Source of the DNA: Macrostomum lignano
Taxonomy: Eukaryota
Length of the DNA: 64,000 nt
Direction: 5' to 3'
NCBI GenBank assembly: GCA_002269645.1
Contig: NIVC01001274.1
Span: 186,001 to 250,000 of the forward strand
The position numbers were made by a program, and so were the translations under genes. Below are positions 62,651 to 64,000 of the stretch, in pieces (the stretch's first letter is position 1; each line of letters starts with the position of its first letter). A model generated the notes under the pieces. The model was not told the DNA's origin, did not search any database, and saw only the letters and a list, made by a program, of their open reading frames with translations.

Positions 62651-63159
62651 TCTCGAGATTAAGACTATCATTTTGTCGATAACGCTCACCCAGCCTTAAG
62701 TCATAGGCTTAGCAAATAGCCCGAGAAGCATGAGGACTTGAAGACTAATAGTTCAGAAAAGGTCTTACTATAAGAAGAAGCGTCATCGGACTCAAAAGGT
62801 GAAGTAGGACGAAAAGGAAGAAAATCTAGTAGAAAAGGGAAACTGAGGGAAAAGCCCTAACCAAACTAAAAAAACTTTTCTACAATTAGAAAGTCTGAGA
62901 GTCAGAGAAGAATCCCTCTCTGGATGGACGTAAAAATTCAGTTTAAATGTACTGCAGAGACATGACCTGAATGGGGACTGGGGACAGAGACACTGAGTCT
63001 TACTTTGCGCACCTTGACAACGGGACAGCAAATAAAACAAGTGAAGGTCAGTTGAGAAAATGTAAGACAGTAAAGCTTTGGGAGCGGGATACAGCACCTC
63101 ATTACAATTCTCACTCACAATTTCAGTACTGAGAGTCGGCAAACACACAACTTTAGAAG

Positions 63160-63882
63160 ATGCGTCAGCCACAGGTATTGCTACTCTTCGCCATCGGTTT
63201 CTGCTGCATCATGGTCTCGGAAGGTGCGTATTGAAGTTGACTTTTTGCTCCTAACTAGTTAATTAATTGGAAAAGCATATCCAAGTTTTGACCTGAAAAA
63301 GAAGGACTTCAAATAGAAGGAGAACTAATCGATATGGCCAGCTTTTCCGATTGGCTTTGCTTGTTTCATTTTTAGCAGGGGCTACCTGAGGAGGACGATA
63401 TTTAACAATCAACAATTTTGGTCGTATTAGTTTCGGAGACTAAATCTCAAAGCGAAAATTATATTGAAGACATCTAACGACGAGGCCCCTTGAGTTAAAC
63501 GTTTCACCGCTGGACAGGTGATAAGCTGGCCCCCTCCATAACAATTGCCATGCAGGCGCTTGCAACCGAACTCGCTATGTGCAACACAACGGCGTCCTTG
63601 TTGTCAACTCGACCGTCAGTAGCCAAGTCCTGAATGCCACCGGAGTGACTTCAGTTGAAGCATGCGCCATGCTGTGCGGAATGAAATCCTGCTCTGCCGC
63701 CGTGTTCTGGAAGAGCAGCGGTCTGTGCCAGCTGGTGGCGGTGTCTCGCGAGCCGGGATTTGCTGGAAACAACGAATGGAGACTACTGGGCTCGGAGACT
63801 GCTGACGCGGTGGTGATGAAGCTGGAAAACTTCGAAGAACTGATGAAGCCTCGTATTATAAATGTCACTCGAGTGTTTACAA
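63160..63882 (+). CDS. Gene E (partial): duplicate of gene C, exons 1-2; remainder beyond window
   Basis: Exon 63160-63223 (MRQPQVLLLFAIGFCCIMVSE-G) and exon 63556-63882 (PAN exon encoding the same peptide as gene C exon 2); GT-AG. Confidence 0.85.
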
Positions 63883-64000
63883 GTGAGAGTTCAGCCGCAT
63901 GCATAATTGCATAGATTATCGCACACTTGGTGCACTTTTTCCCTCTTCCTTAGGTCGGCTCCAGCTGGCCACAAGTCACTACGATTGTTTTGTTTTTGCT

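Overview
Eukaryotic (animal-type) genomic DNA with spliceosomal introns, AT-rich spacers and GC-rich exons/transposons. No prokaryotic operon, rRNA, tRNA gene or CRISPR array is supportable. The host cannot be proven; the composition is only reminiscent of a free-living flatworm such as Macrostomum. The main content is a cluster of five paralogous multi-exon genes that the ORF track shows only in fragments: A(-) 18637-21436, B(-) 24872-28320, C(+) 33796-46687, D(-) 49319-52245 and E(+) 63160-end, plus a decayed sixth copy near 59.8-60.4 kb. I reconstructed their exon chains by hand with consistent reading phases. Each complete gene encodes a ~400-aa protein: signal peptide, PAN/Apple-like 4-Cys module, then a complete ALK/LTK-type glycine-rich domain (GRD), ending in a stop with no EGF, transmembrane or kinase region. 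The B|C head-to-head pair is segmentally duplicated as D|E, and the copies show mosaic identity suggestive of gene conversion. The rest is a dense, nested transposon landscape: three Ty3/gypsy remnants and a related solo LTR, a full-length APE-RT-RNaseH LINE with a 13-bp TSD inside an intron of gene C, two mariner pseudo-elements, an internally deleted Tc1-like element, a 9-bp-TSD MULE-like element carrying cargo, a THAP-bearing P-superfamily foldback element, MITEs and RTE fragments.
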